Origin: Octopus sinensis | Taxonomy: Eukaryota | NCBI RefSeq assembly: GCF_006345805.1 | Contig: NC_042999.1 | Location: 127,596,001 to 127,660,000, forward strand | Length of the DNA stretch: 64,000 nt | Direction: 5' to 3' | Shown here: in pieces, positions 1 through 11,869 of the stretch | Position numbering within the stretch: position 1 is the first letter of the stretch | How the letters are laid out: the number at the start of each line of letters is the position of its first letter | Made by a program: the position numbers and the translations under genes | Notes under the pieces: model-generated | Database searches by the model: none | Told to the model about the DNA's origin: nothing | The model's input: only the letters and a program-made list of their open reading frames with translations

Positions 1-514
1 TGATTTTTTCTCTCTCTTAATATCATTACTGAAGGTCAGAAGAGGCTGAGTGACTGGTTTTAGTGCTTTTCTAATAGCATAATAGCTTGTTACAACCTGC
101 TGAAATTCTGTGTGAAATATTGGATCAAACCGTATCTAATCCAATCTCCTTACATAATAATAGGAAGAAAAAAAAGCAGTTCGTGCCTTCATTTCTTTTT
201 GTTGTCGTTGTTTAGGAATGTCTTAAAATTCCGTTAAATATAAAAGTATTTATTTCAATATGAGTATGGTGGAAACGTTTTGTCAGTATCTTAATGAAGA
301 TTTCTGATATCTAGGTTGAACGGCTGTTACTTTTACTTCTTCCTATTTCGAGCCATCGATGGTATCTCCACTTGGTCTGTCGATCACATAGAACAAGCAT
401 GGGCGACCGTTTTCGAGAAGCGGTTTGCTAAAAAAATATCCAAGGTAATTTTTCGTTCAGTGTGCCATTCAGAAAAGCCTGTGTGTTGCAGTTTGTCCGT
501 AACTGAGCCAGAAT

Positions 515-1380
515 GAAACAAGACCCCATTTCGTCAGTTTTCTTAGGTGTTTGATCTTGATAGCCTTTCGAAATTGCCCGAGGAAGTTGATGTAGTACTC
601 TCTATTGTTGGTGCGCTCCTTTTCAAGGTAGTCAATAAACACAATGTCTTTTGCGTCCCAAGAAAATGAGGCCGTCGCCGGTGAAACGACCTTGGCCTTC
701 TTTGAAGCAGGTGAGGAGAGGTGATTCTACTGCATAGATTGTCTCGGTTATGAAGCCAGCACTCATCCTCGATTAGGAAGCGCTCAAGGAAACCAGCTGG
801 ATCTGCCCAAAATAATGTCAGATTTTCACGTGATGTGATCAGCCTGGTGCGCTTTTGATCAGGTGTCAGAAGACGTAGCACCCACCAAGCAGAAACCTTT
901 GCCATACCAAGTTCATTGTGCAGAATATTCTCAAGTCTCTCACAAGTATGCTAATATTGGTTATTTGATTTATAGTCAGTCGCCTATCATCCATCTACAC
1001 GTGGTGAGAGTTGAAGGATGTCCAGACCTTGGGTCATCTCCAAGACTCTCCTTTCCCTCCTTAATTTCAGCTACTCATTTTTGCACTGTTGATAAAGCTG
1101 GAGCGTCAACCCCTAATGTAGCAAGCATGTCAGCATGAATGTCATTGAGAGCTAAGCCCTTTTCTTGCAGATACTTGATAACAACACGATGCCAAATTTT
1201 GTTGATTTTCAAGAGAAGTCACTACAACATACTTTTGAAGTCTTCTTTGAAGAGTCAGATGTTAATTTACCTGGAAAGAAATAATACTATTATTAAGAAT
1301 TGAAATTAAAGCATGTAAAATTTTAGAACTCTGGCATCACTCCTTCATCGTCAGCCTACGAATTTTTCAGCCCACCCTCG
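515..1380 (-). mobile_element. Degenerate Tc1/mariner element: 5' TIR plus N-terminal two-thirds of the transposase, 3'-truncated
   Basis: Minus-strand translation across stops and frameshifts gives KIWHRGVIKYLQEKGLALNDIHADMLATLGVDAPALSTVQK*...DDPRSG (HTH), AKVSAWWVLRLLTPDQKR (WVPRLL motif), RFLIEDECW (first catalytic D) and KLTK.GVLFH at about 515. TIR-like CGAGGGTGGGCTGAAAAATTCGTAGGCTGA at 1351-1380. No matching 3' TIR seen. Confidence 0.9.
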
Positions 1381-2324
1381 CAGGGTTTAAACAACTTTTT
1401 TTTATTTTTTATCTCAAGTTGACAACTTTTCTTTCTGAAATGTTTTCTTTTGTTTAGTTTTCCTCACTCGCGATAGAAAAACAAACTTGTTAAATTTGTT
1501 CGAGAGAAGTAGAGGCTAACTAGTACAAATTCCCCACCTTTAGTCAAAACGTAGATCTTACACAGCTGGCAAAACAGTGAAGGACAGTCATATTGCTTTA
1601 AGGCAAAGATAATGCCGGCTGCCGAAGATTTTAAATATTCCTCCACCTGTGGCATGTTTTTATTTTATTTTAGTTTTCATTATGGTGTTCTAGCATGGTC
1701 AGGATCCACTGGCCGAAAAAAAACTAGTAAAGGAGCGAAATAATTTTAGTTTTCTAGTTTTTAAAAACCCTTTAAGTCAGATAAGAAGAAGGCAGTGTCT
1801 ATGCTCCGTATGAGATTTGTGGGAAGAAAGGAACCTCAAACTGAAGATCAGCTTCAGTACTTGCAACTAAATGAACTCCTCTAAGAGTAGTCGAGGTGTC
1901 GGGTGGTGATATTAAACCGATTGAAAAACGTATAAAGATGGACAAAATATATTTTTAAAAATTGGAATTTTTAAAATTAAAATTCTTTCATGATCGTGCT
2001 GCGTTTATTAAATATACAACGATATTTAAAACATAAAGTAATAATATAATAAATCCCTGAATACCGTGCCCTTTTTCTTTCCTCGTGAGGGAAGCGTTAG
2101 CTATTCCAAATCTCTGCCGAAAATGTTACCTTATATTCATGTTAAACAAAATTATGCGTAACATCTTTCAAAGCATTAAAAAACGTTAATAGTATGAATT
2201 TTCTAAAGCCATAGATTACATTTTGAAAGCTCTGTGGTGCAGCTAGATACACCATGCAACACACTGGTTGAGATTTAATGATTTAAATGCTGATATTGTA
2301 AAAGTTATTGCAATAGTGGTTTCT

Positions 2325-2932
2325 GATTTAGGCATAAGGCCAGCAATTTCGAGAGTAGGGGTTAGCCGGTGCCATCGACCTCACTACTTTCAGGATCAAT
2401 AAAATAAACATTCTTGATTTTTATCGATTCAAAAAAAAAAAAAAAAAAAAGTCAAAGTTGACCTCAGCGGAATTTGAGCTCAGAATGTAAAGAGCCTGAA
2501 CAAATAAAAGTTATTGTGATAACTGTTTCTGATGTAGACACAAAGCTAGCCATTTTGAGACTAGGGGTTAATCGATATCATCGACTCCGGTACTTGACGG
2601 ATATTTTATTTTATTAACCTCAAAACCGACAAAAGCAGAGTTTTGACCTTGATCAAATTTGAACTCAGACCGGAAAGAGCTGGAATAGATATAAATTTTT
2701 GAAACAAAAGAAGGAATCTAGGCAGCGAGCTGGGAGAATCGTTTGCGGGTTGGACAAAATACTTAGCAGCATTTCGTTCGTTCCTACGTCTTCATTTAAA
2801 ATTCTGCTGAGGTCTACTTGGACTTTTGTCCTTTGAGTTCGGTGAAATAAGAACCAGTCGAGCACTAGGGTCGATGTAATCGACAAGCCCCTCCCCTCCT
2901 AATTTCAAGCCTTGTGTCAATTGAAGAAAAGA
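2325..2932. mobile_element. Cluster of three tRNA-derived SINE copies, family A (two on -, about 2325-2505 and 2540-2690; one on +, about 2719-2932)
   Basis: Match to the recurrent motif GGCGAGCTGGCAGAATCGTT...TTCTGAGTTCAAATTCCGCCGAGGTCGACTTTGCCTTTCATCC...GGGGTCGATGTAATCGAC...CCTTGTG found many times in the window. Confidence 0.8.
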
Positions 2933-3029
2933 ATAAAAAACGGAAACTTAGAAATCACAGCCCAAGCAGTGCCTTTGATTTAAAAAAAAAGTGTAGAAAA
3001 TATGAATAAACTAAAAGTAATAAAAGTGA

Positions 3030-3345
3030 GAACCACATGGCCTTGGGTTGAGTCCCGTAACACGAAACATTGGAATGTGCCTTCTACAATATACCTGGGC
3101 CGACCAAAGCTTTGTAAGTGGATTTGGTGGACAAAATCTGAAAGCAGCCCGTCGTGTGTGTGTGTGTCTTTGTGTTGTATTTGTCTTCCGCCACCGCTTG
3201 ACAACCGGTATTGTGTTGTTTACGTTCCCTTAACATAGCGGTAGAATAAGTACCAGACTTTAAAAAACTAAAAAAAACTGGGGGCGATTTCTTCGACTAA
3301 ATCCAGTATCGCCGCAGTCCAATGACTGGAACAAGTAAACGATAG
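3030..3345 (+). mobile_element. tRNA-derived SINE, family B (Octopus OR-type appearance)
   Basis: AACCACATGG...GGGCCGACCAAAGC...GTGGATTTGGT...(GT)n...CGCTTGACAACCG...GATAGAATAAGTAC...GCAGTCCAATGACTGGAACAAGTAAA; same architecture as the copies at 10697-11088 and 17490-17840. Confidence 0.85.
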
Positions 3346-4019
3346 AAGATAATTTGAGTAATTTTGAATTAAACAATTTCTGGTTAAAAATTTACAGAAA
3401 GTTATTATTCTGATATACCATTATACTAATATGCTAAAATGAACATGAATATGTTTATACAGAGAAACAGACAGAAGAAAAAAAAGCATAATGGTAAAGA
3501 AATATTGAAGAATCTGTATTGCACCTAGAAAATGATCAAATTTTAAATTTATAATACTTGTTGTAAATTTATTTTTATTTGAATCCTTTTATCTAAAAAA
3601 AAAAAAAAGGTGGGGTGGGGGTCGTGAAGGACGATTGATTTGCTTAAATATGAGTCACGCTGGTAGAGGGCTAAAACTACTGTATATTGATGAATGACTT
3701 CGTTAAACTGTCAGACTTCTCTTAATCTGTGTCATTATACAACGGTCTGTTAAAGCATAAGTTTGACATATTTGTCATCAGTCGTAACAAATGGTTGCTT
3801 TATTCTTTAGTTTCCTTTCTTCCTTTTTTTTTTGTTTTTAGTTTTTCTTCGTGATGATGTTAATCCTTCTCTCCTCCCCCACCCTTTTGTCATTATATTC
3901 AAACCAAATCCTGTCTACTCAAAGAGATTTACAAAACGGTTTCCGGCCTCGTTAAAAATATTGTGTTTCAGACCGACTGAATGAGAACAGTAACAACAAC
4001 AGCAATAATAATAATAATA

Positions 4020-4228
4020 ATAATCCTACCTACTATAGGCAGAAGGTGTGAAATTGTGGTGGAGGGGGTAGTCACTTTCACCGATTCCAGTACGTGACTG
4101 GTATTTATTTTATCGATCTCGAAAGGATGAAAGGCAAAGTCGACTTCGGCGGAATTTGAACTCCGAAAGTAAAGACGGACGAAATACCGCTAAGCATTTT
4201 GTCCGACATGCCAACGATTCTTCTAACC
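4020..4228 (-). mobile_element. SINE family A, CpGs retained
   Basis: TTTATCGATCTCGAAAGGATGAAAGGCAAAGTCGACTTCGGCGGAATTTGAACTCCG...GACGGACGAAATACCGCTAAGC; (AAT)n tail at the left end. Confidence 0.85.
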
Positions 4229-4799
4229 TTAACAGCAGCAACAACCAAGTGATGACAAAAATATTGTTTTCCTAATTTTTTTTTTTAGTTCTGACATTAT
4301 TTCCAACATCAGTTTTATGTTGCTGTCAGTGTATGCCGTGTTGCATTCCTTAAATCTTGTATTGGATCGACAGTAGGTAGAGGGTGTCTCTCTGCACAGT
4401 TGCTTGAATTTCTAGATATAGCAAACTAATTCACTCAAATTACACACTTCAATCTTAAAATTAAAAAAAAAAGCATACATTGATCAATTTAGTCCTAGAT
4501 ATAGAAAAATTACGAGAAGCTGAATTAGGGCCAAACCACCACAACAATTAATACTGTATTGTACCTTTCACAAAGCTGTACTGCATTTGTCATCTGACCT
4601 GGCAAGTTGAACTTACAAAGAATTGAAAGCGAACAAATAATTGGTAGTAAATGATTGTCAGATTGGTACACTCAGTAGAAGCTGGAGCATGGTTTCGTCG
4701 TTGTTGTTTGATTACAGATCAAACAAAACTAGAATCAAAGGCGCTTCTGCCCCTGATCACCACTCGTTTATAATGAATCTTGGATATCTAATATCTTCA

Positions 4800-5070
4800 A
4801 TGCTTACATTCTCTGACAAACACATATCTGGTTAGCATATTTCACGCATACTTCACTACCTTCTACTACACTTTTCACTCATACGTTTCTTATCGCATGC
4901 TCACTCTTCTCTGCTGAAAAAGAAAATCTTTTTTACTACACTCATTTCCTGTCTACTGTTCTACCTTATCGTATCTCTGACTCAATATAGAATTTTTCTC
5001 ACCCAATTTTATTCTTTCTCTTCTCTTTCCATTTATCTTGATGAATGATGACTATGCGAAACGTCGATTT
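4800..5070 (+). mobile_element. Probable Penelope-like pseudo-LTR remnant ending in a degenerate minimal hammerhead motif (5035-5068)
   Basis: Pyrimidine-rich tract followed by ATC-TTGATGA-A...C-GAAAC-GTC-GAT, the same layout as the motif at 46499-46533. The core has C3>T and stem II is poor. Confidence 0.35.
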
Positions 5071-6269
5071 TTTTTCTTCACAGCTTAATCACGTTAAATC
5101 TTACTCTTGTTTGTTTTTGTCCTGTTATTGTCTGCTTTTTACCTAAATATAGACTCCTCGATTTACTACAGATTTATTTTCTATTCATAATCACGAAGAC
5201 AAGAACGGTCATTAAGTGTGTAAAATCTTTAACATAATCATCTAGCTCTTATTTGCTTACAGCAAATTCTATCCTGCTACAAGCATTTGTATCTAGTGTC
5301 CAGTAATATGATAACTTCCTCCCACGAATCTCTCAGGCCATGAAAAGGTTAGCTGCACAGTCCTTTCTTCCACGACTAAGTCATTAAAAAACAGAAAATA
5401 ACCGAAAGCAAGCAATGAGAATTTCAATCTTTACTATTTAAAGTCTATTCTCATGAACTTTATTACAAAATAATAAAGAAAGGAAAACATTTGCTTCAAC
5501 TTATGATAAAAAATATTTCATCGAAATCCCTTTTCCCCTCATTCTACCAACAAATAGCTGTGCTAAACGACATTAAACTGGTTTGGCGTTGCGTAAAAAA
5601 ACTTCCATTAAGCTTCATCACTGCAGTTGACTTTGTTAACCCTTTTTATATATATTCACTATAAAACATATTTACTAACTCTATAACTTTTTATTTTCTT
5701 TAGGCTTTAGTGTCAATATTTATTTATTTGCTTCTCGTTTCAAACTAGTCGTATAAGCTGGTGGTTAGTTCAGAAGTGTGTTGTTTGAAGAAAGACATGA
5801 TAGCACTTAAGCAAAATAATCAAACCTGTATATACAAGTTCACTTCAGCAATATTTTTAATGCCATATAAATAGACTTATTAAACCGCCCTGGATTATCC
5901 AAGAGAGTCCTGGTGTGTTCCAGAGGCTTAAAGACTCCTCGAGAGTAAGCGTAAACTTTTAAAATGACGATGGAATAGTGTCCTGTTTTCTTATTTTCAA
6001 GACCTTACAGATAAATTTTAAATGCTTAAACAGCTAATGAAAGTAATGAATAAGAAAACAATGGTACTCAAGTCGAGACAGAAGTAGAGAGGCATCGTTG
6101 CTCAAGTAAAATGGAATAAGAACAACAGAATAGAAGAGAGAGAGAGAGAGAGAGAGGGGGGTAGGTCTATCGATTGTAAAAGCAATAACACAAAATTCAT
6201 TTGCATTCTTACTTTGATTCGCATAATGGGAATATTAGTAGAGTCCTTATGCAATAATATCTATACTGG

Positions 6270-6480
6270 CCTAAGGTGACGAGCTGGCAGAATCGTTACC
6301 GCACCGGGTAAATGCTTAGCGGCATTTCGTCCGTCTTCACGTTCTGAGTTCAAATGCCGCCGATGTCGACTTTGCCTTTCATCATCGGGATCGATAAAAT
6401 AAGTACCAGCTGGGTAGTGGGATTAATTTACCCCTTCCCCAAAATTTGCTGGCCTTGTGCCAAAATCTGAAACCAATACG
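6270..6480 (+). mobile_element. SINE family A, near full length
   Basis: AAGGTGACGAGCTGGCAGAATCGTTACCGCACCGGGTAAATGCTTAGCGGCATTTCGTCCG...TCGATAAAATAAGTACCAG...GGCCTTGTGCC. Confidence 0.85.
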
Positions 6481-6675
6481 TATACTGACCTGAAATGCTA
6501 TACAAAATTGCATATATGGTATAATCAAGTAATTGGTTTCATAATGAAATGGTTCATTGAATTGCACTTGAACAATATTTAAACAAACTTTAAGTGTCTA
6601 ATTTATATAAGCTCTTCCCGATTCATATACTCATACAGTCGGTTTCTCGGATTCTTTGACGTGTGTGTGTGTGTG

Positions 6676-6724
<49 letters not shown>

Positions 6725-6869
6725 GACGAAATGTTCATAGATCTCCTTTCCACTTGATCGCACTTGCGTGTGCGTGCGCGTGCGTTCACACACACACACA
6801 CACACATGGTTCGCCTTGATCGGGCAGATCTATAGTCATAAGTATTCCAGCTGTGAACATGTTTATTCT

Positions 6870-6969
6870 TTCATATGGTAACAGTAGGTCTTCCATCAGT
6901 TTCTATGATAAACATTCATATGATAACAGTAGGTCTTCCATCAGTTTCAATGATAAACATTCATATGAT
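6870..6969. repeat. 45-bp tandem duplication (about 2.2 units)
   Basis: TTCATATG(G/A)TAACAGTAGGTCTTCCATCAGTTTC(T/A)ATGATAAACA starts at 6870 and 6915, with a partial third unit at 6960. Confidence 0.9.
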
Positions 6970-7449
6970 TGTTCGATGAACTTAACTAACTACTTGTTAA
7001 GCGGCCGAGTATTCCACAGATACGTGTAATCTCCCTTAACATACTTCTCTGGTCGTATTACCGTTACACTGTATGTGATATTCCATTCACCTATCAGTCG
7101 CTAAAATCCATCCGACGATAGTCTTCCACACAATATCCGTCTTCCCAATTTCATTCTCGGGGTTTGAGTTACCCTGAGGTTATGGCACAAGACAGCCAAA
7201 ATATCTTGTAATAGGATCGAATCTGGCTCAGATTTTCGAAGCGAACTTCCTAGCTTTCGCTTATGCTTGTGTCTGCATTTCAAGTATACTGTATCTGAGA
7301 TTTCGTTATACATGTCCTTCGTTTTTATAAATTGGAGTGGCTGTTATTCGAGAGAGATCTGGTATTTATTGTCAGTAGTTGCAGCGACGTCGTAGATTTT
7401 GCCCTGTGTTGATTTGATCGTTAAATTCTTTTGTTCTTTTAATTGTTTC

Positions 7450-7700
7450 AATTCTTTTAATTGTCGAACAATTCGACCCCAGGACTTCTTTTTAAGCCTA
7501 GCACTTATTCTATCGGTCTTTGCCGAACCGCTAAGTCACGTTGGCGTAAACATACCAACACCGGTTGTCAAGCGATGATGGGGGGGGGGGGACAAACACA
7601 CACACACACCCATATACTATGGGCTTCTTTCAGTTACCGTCTATCAAATCCACTCACAAGGCTTTGGTCGGCCCGAGGCTATAGTAGAAGACACTTGCCC
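7450..7700 (-). mobile_element. SINE family B, 5'-truncated
   Basis: TTCGACCCCAGGAC...TTATTCTATCGGTC...CCGGTTGTCAAGCGATG...CCACTCACAAGGCTTTGGTCGGCCCGAGGCTATAGTAGAAGACACTTGCCC, then an abrupt end. Confidence 0.85.
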
Positions 7701-8384
7701 GATATAAATATGCGCGTACGTGTATGAAATTAAATAAATTTCAAAGGAACACGAAATTAAGAAATATACTCCATTCGCTTACATCTGTTTCTGCTATAGA
7801 ATGCAGTGGTGCACTCAGAGTTGACTGCTTGTGCTTCACCTTATAGCTTCGTCGAAGCTGGAAAACTGATATAATATGAATGTTTGTTCCCCACTACCGC
7901 TTGACAACTTGTATTGGTGTGTTTATGTACCCGTAACTTAGCGATCGGCATGCTTAAGTATATCAGAAATCTTACTATCTGAAGATTAACAAACATTGCT
8001 GACCCACAACAGGAAAATATATGAAAATAAAGGTTAGCATGTTATTAGAGGTATCTATACTACGAACTAATTTGTATTTCTCCTTATCTACTTCGGGAAA
8101 AGAGTTAACTCATGGAAATAAGTCCACTTAAAAAAACTGATATGAATGCAGCTCATTTAATTTCATAGACAAAGGTCGACGCAAAGAACCTAGCTACGTG
8201 AGAAATAACTAATATATATGTAATGATGAGTTCGTAGATATGTCAATGTAGAAGATTGATTGTATATTGAATTTTGTTTTTGAAAAAACAATAGTCATGA
8301 TTGAACAGATGGCGAGCTACCAACGAACCAAGTTTGTGACCCACTTTCTTTTCCTGTTGGCAATCAATTTACCTAACATCTCAG

Positions 8385-8459
8385 GTGTCATCGAGAAAGC
8401 CATGAATGTCACATGCTCCCTTTACATCCCCTATAAATCTGGGCAAACCATGTACCAAT
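8385..8459 (+). other. Candidate coding exon of unidentified gene (75 nt, phase 1-1; or first coding exon from ATG 8309)
   Basis: Upstream CTTTCTTTTCCTG...CCTAACATCTCAG acceptor and CAAT|GTAAGA donor. Open frame GVIEKAMNVTCSLYIPYKSGQTMYQ; from 8309 a hydrophobic signal-like MASYQRTKFVTHFLFLLAINLPNISG precedes it. No family recognised. Confidence 0.3.
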
Positions 8460-8859
8460 GTAAGAAATCCAATATTTATAGCAGAATAGGTTTTGCGAAT
8501 ATTACTTGCTGTTGATCTATGATTGTCATTGTCTTCACAAATCTCTCTATCTCCGTTCTCCACCCACACATCAACATGTAACATGAAGTAATGTTGCAAC
8601 TCTGCTCTTCATTAATTATTCACTTCTAAAATGTTGCCTAGAATAATTGTTCTATTGGAGGTGACAGTTCTCCGTATAGTATTAAGTGAAAGTGCATTAT
8701 TTTATGATGTTGAAGTTGGAATTTCGCTAATTGCTATATGTGATCTCATTAAATTCTTTGAAAGAACAATTCATTTTTAAATTCCATTAGTGTATGCCTT
8801 AATAATCATGTTCATTAATGAAAAGAACAGTTTGTTGTTGTTACTTAGCCCCAGCTTAA

Positions 8860-9280
8860 GGCAAGCTGGCAGAATCGTTACCGCACCAAACAAAATGCTT
8901 GATGGCATTTCTTCCGGCACTTTACGTCCTAAGCTCAAATTCTACCGAAGTTGACTTTGCTTTTCACCCTTTCCAGGTCGATAAAATAAGTATCAGTTGA
9001 GCATTGGGATCGAAGTAATTGACTACAAATTGCTGGCCCTGTACCAAAATTTAAAACTGTTATTTAGTCCCAGATTATGGCGGTGAACTGGCAGAATCGC
9101 TCGAGTGGCGTGAAAATAATGCTTTACAGTATTTATTCCGAGTCCAATTCCTGCCGAGGTCAACTTTGGCTTTCATCACTCCGGTATAGTTAAAATAAGT
9201 ATCGGTCAAGTACTAGGATCGATGGTCTCGACTAACACCCATCTCCTCAAAATTGTTGCTCTGTGCCTAAATCATGAACT
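8860..9280 (+). mobile_element. Two tandem SINE family A copies
   Basis: GGCAAGCTGGCAGAATCGTT... at about 8860 and GGCGGTGAACTGGCAGAATCG... at about 9078, each with the AAATT..GCCGAGGT(T/C)GACTTTG..TTTCA core. Confidence 0.8.
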
Positions 9281-9949
9281 CTTATCAAGTCTTAGATCAG
9301 TTCTATCGCGTGTTGGAATCAGCAGGAATTTATTCATTTCGACGCCAACAAAAAATTACACAATGAATATCGTTTACCCAGAGGGGCTTCAACATTGACA
9401 GATTTTCAGTTCGAAATTCTGTTATCATTACAATTTGTATATATCTTTTATTAAAATATAGATATTTTGAAATAATTATGAAAATATATCTTCGTAATTA
9501 TTGTTAAACTAATCTGAATTAGCACAGCAGTAACCAGGGCAACGCAGTGTCATTTAGTTTCAGGAATGAATATTTATATAGATATTGATATTGCTATAAT
9601 TATCGAAGGCAATATAAATAGTTGATAATAACAGCAACATTGATATGGGTGACTGCAGGCCCAAAATAGCATTATATAGGTATGTGAAAGATTTTTTGCG
9701 ATCCGTTCGCCCGAGTACTGTTGATTCTGTTGTTAGTTTCAGTGTTATTTTTGATGGCTTGAACGAGGGTTTTAACTCTTACTATGTGCTATGGACAGAC
9801 TATAGTTAAGCTCCTGGTTCGGTGATTATGCGAATGAGGAGTCCAACGTTGGTCATACGTCAGCATGTGTATATATAAAAAAATTAACAGAATGAGATAA
9901 AAATCCAGGACTGTAAATATTTCAGAACATATTCAATATCTATATATAC

Positions 9950-10195
9950 TCTGAGGGCAGATGGTGATATTCAAAAAATGGGGCAACTTATAATCTTCCC
10001 ATCATCATTCACAGGTGGTCCTCGATATATGTACGAACGAACACAAGATGCTATACCATATGTCAGGACATATGGAAAACCAGATCGTTTCGTCACTTTC
10101 ACCTGCAATCCTAAATGAGAGGAAATAAAATCTAACCTTCTTCCAGTGTTACGTCCGAGCACTACATTGTGTCACTCGTTTTTAAAGACGATAGA
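9950..10195 (+). mobile_element. Helitron RepHel fragment (Rep N-terminal region)
   Basis: Translates to LRADGDIQKMGQLIIFPSSFTGGPRYMYERTQDAIPYVRTYGKPDRFVTFTCNPK*EEIKSNLLP, then (frameshifted) EHYIVSLVFK. Matches the Helitron signature LPSSFTGGPRYM..RTQDAM.YVR.YG.PDLFITFTCNPKW.EI...DRHD.VARVF. Confidence 0.9.
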
Positions 10196-10696
10196 GTATT
10201 ATTTGTAAGGGATTTTGTTGTTATTTCTAACAGAACGAATAACGTCACTAGCTGGTTACGATGAAAGTTTCTAGTTACGGTATTTATCATGAGACATGTT
10301 TGGAATTAGAGCGCTTAAAATAGTACCTTGCATTTTAACATTTTAAAGGCGGTATCACCAGAATAGGTTAATGAATATTTGACTTGTTACAATGAGCAAG
10401 ATCATTTGCAAATGACTACTTTGTACCTTTCATGCTACTCCTTTTTCTCATTAACTAGAATGCTCAAATCAGTACTGATTGAGTCAGCCTATGATCGAAG
10501 ATATTCTTGTTGTGGTCACCCATCTATTCTTTTTTCTTCAGTTTTTCTACAGTTATTTCTCAGCCATTCTTTTAGACAGAATGTGTGGTTCCAAAGAGAT
10601 TTGGCTGCTTTTTTTCATATAGACCGCACAGAGATTTGCTCGTTGTAGTCTAGCACCGGGTCAGCCCTGAATGAACAGATTTATGATCAATGGTAG

Positions 10697-11088
10697 TTTA
10701 CTCTTTCTCTTTTACTTGTTTCAGTCATTTGACTGCGGCCATGCTGGAGCACCGTCTTTAGTCAAGCAAATCGACCCCAGAATTTATTCTTTGTAAGCCT
10801 AGTACTTATTCTATCGGTCTGTTTTTGCCGAACCGCTAAGTGACGGGGACATAAACACACCAGCATCGGTTGTCAAGCGATGTTGGGAGGACAAACACAT
10901 ACGCGCGCGCGCACACACACACTCACACACACACACACATATATATATGCGACGGGCTTCTTTCAGTTTCTGTCTACCAAATCCACTCACAGGCTTTGGT
11001 CGGCCCGAGGCTATAGTAGAAGACACTTGCCCAAGGTGCCACGCAGGGGGACTGAAGCCAGAACCATGTGGTTGGTAAGCAAGCTACT
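10697..11088 (-). mobile_element. SINE family B body; lacks the first ~25 nt of its head, which lie at 11825-11850
   Basis: Minus strand begins AGTAGCTTGCTTACCAACCACATGGTTCTGGCTTCAGTCCCCCTGCGTGGCACCTTGGGCAAGTGTCTTC and ends GCAGTCAAATGACTGAAACAAGTAAAAGAGAAAGAGTAAA. Confidence 0.9.
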
Positions 11089-11824
11089 TTATTTCATATA
11101 ATTTGCCATTTAGGCATTTACAAACATGGGACAGACAAACATAAAGGGTGAAGTAGCTTTACACGGTTAAAAATTTCGAATGAAATTACGGATGAGATTA
11201 TAAACAATGAATTTTACCAAGACAAGTTTTAAAATATTACATATGGATCATGTCGAAGGACAGACACCCAGCCATCTGGGTAGAACCTTTACTTCTTGAT
11301 CCGGCTACACTTACTTGGTGCAAAACATACCCAGCTTGCATGCCACAGGTTTCCATCTTTTCACAAACATATCTCGTGACAGACACCTCTTCTCCAGCCT
11401 GATCTTACTACCGAGGTGGTAACTAAAAAAGTTAACCAACCCCTGGTCGGAGACAAAAGTAACTGTTACTATACCTTTCGTACGCGTCTTACATTCTGTT
11501 TCTTTCAGTATGGCCACTACGCAGGAAAAACAAGCCTTCCTTTCCCTGCTGAGGAAAGGAGGTGGCACAATCTCAATGATAGACTCCGCTAATAGCTGTA
11601 CTCTTCCCATCACTGACAACAGTTGTTCGGCAAAAGCAATCAGTCCCGATAACTCCGGGCACTGCACGAATGCGTGCAAGACGGTTTCCCTATCCTGCTC
11701 TCATCGCGGGCATGTCGGCGAGACGGCACTTCCGTGCATTGACAGCTTGTTGCGAACAGGTAACGCTGCACGTAAACACTGCCAGGCCAGGGATTTCTGG
11801 TAATTATCCGGATACCACGGCCTG
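11089..11824 (-). mobile_element. Tx1/L1-type non-LTR retrotransposon, 5'-truncated 3' fragment (ORF2 C-terminal zinc finger plus 3' UTR)
   Basis: Frame reads YQKSLAWQCLRAALPVRNKLSMHGSAVSPTCPR*EQDRETVLHAFVQCPELSGL...FSYHLGSKIRLEKRCLSRDMFVKRW to the stop at 11311. This is the zf-RVT C-x2-C...ET..H....C motif with one Cys>stop. A ~220-nt AT-rich 3' UTR follows. Confidence 0.85.
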
Positions 11825-11850
11825 TACCACACAGCCACTCCTGCGCCTAT
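11825..11850 (-). mobile_element. Detached 5' head of the SINE family B copy at 10697-11088
   Basis: Minus strand ATAGGCGCAGGAGTGGCTGTGTGGTA; joined to 11088 it restores ...GTGTGGTA|AGTAGCTTG..., matching the intact head seen at about 17820-17840. Confidence 0.85.
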
Positions 11851-11869
11851 GTTAATATTTTTATATCAT

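Noticed and set aside
241-516. Possible continuation of the mariner C-terminus / ORF 316-516
   Set aside because: No YSPDLAP motif or 3' TIR found; the ORF has no recognisable features.
1464-1655. 63-aa ORF with AAAAACATG context and a possible CTGT|GTAAGA donor
   Set aside because: No recognisable homology or partner exon; within chance expectation.
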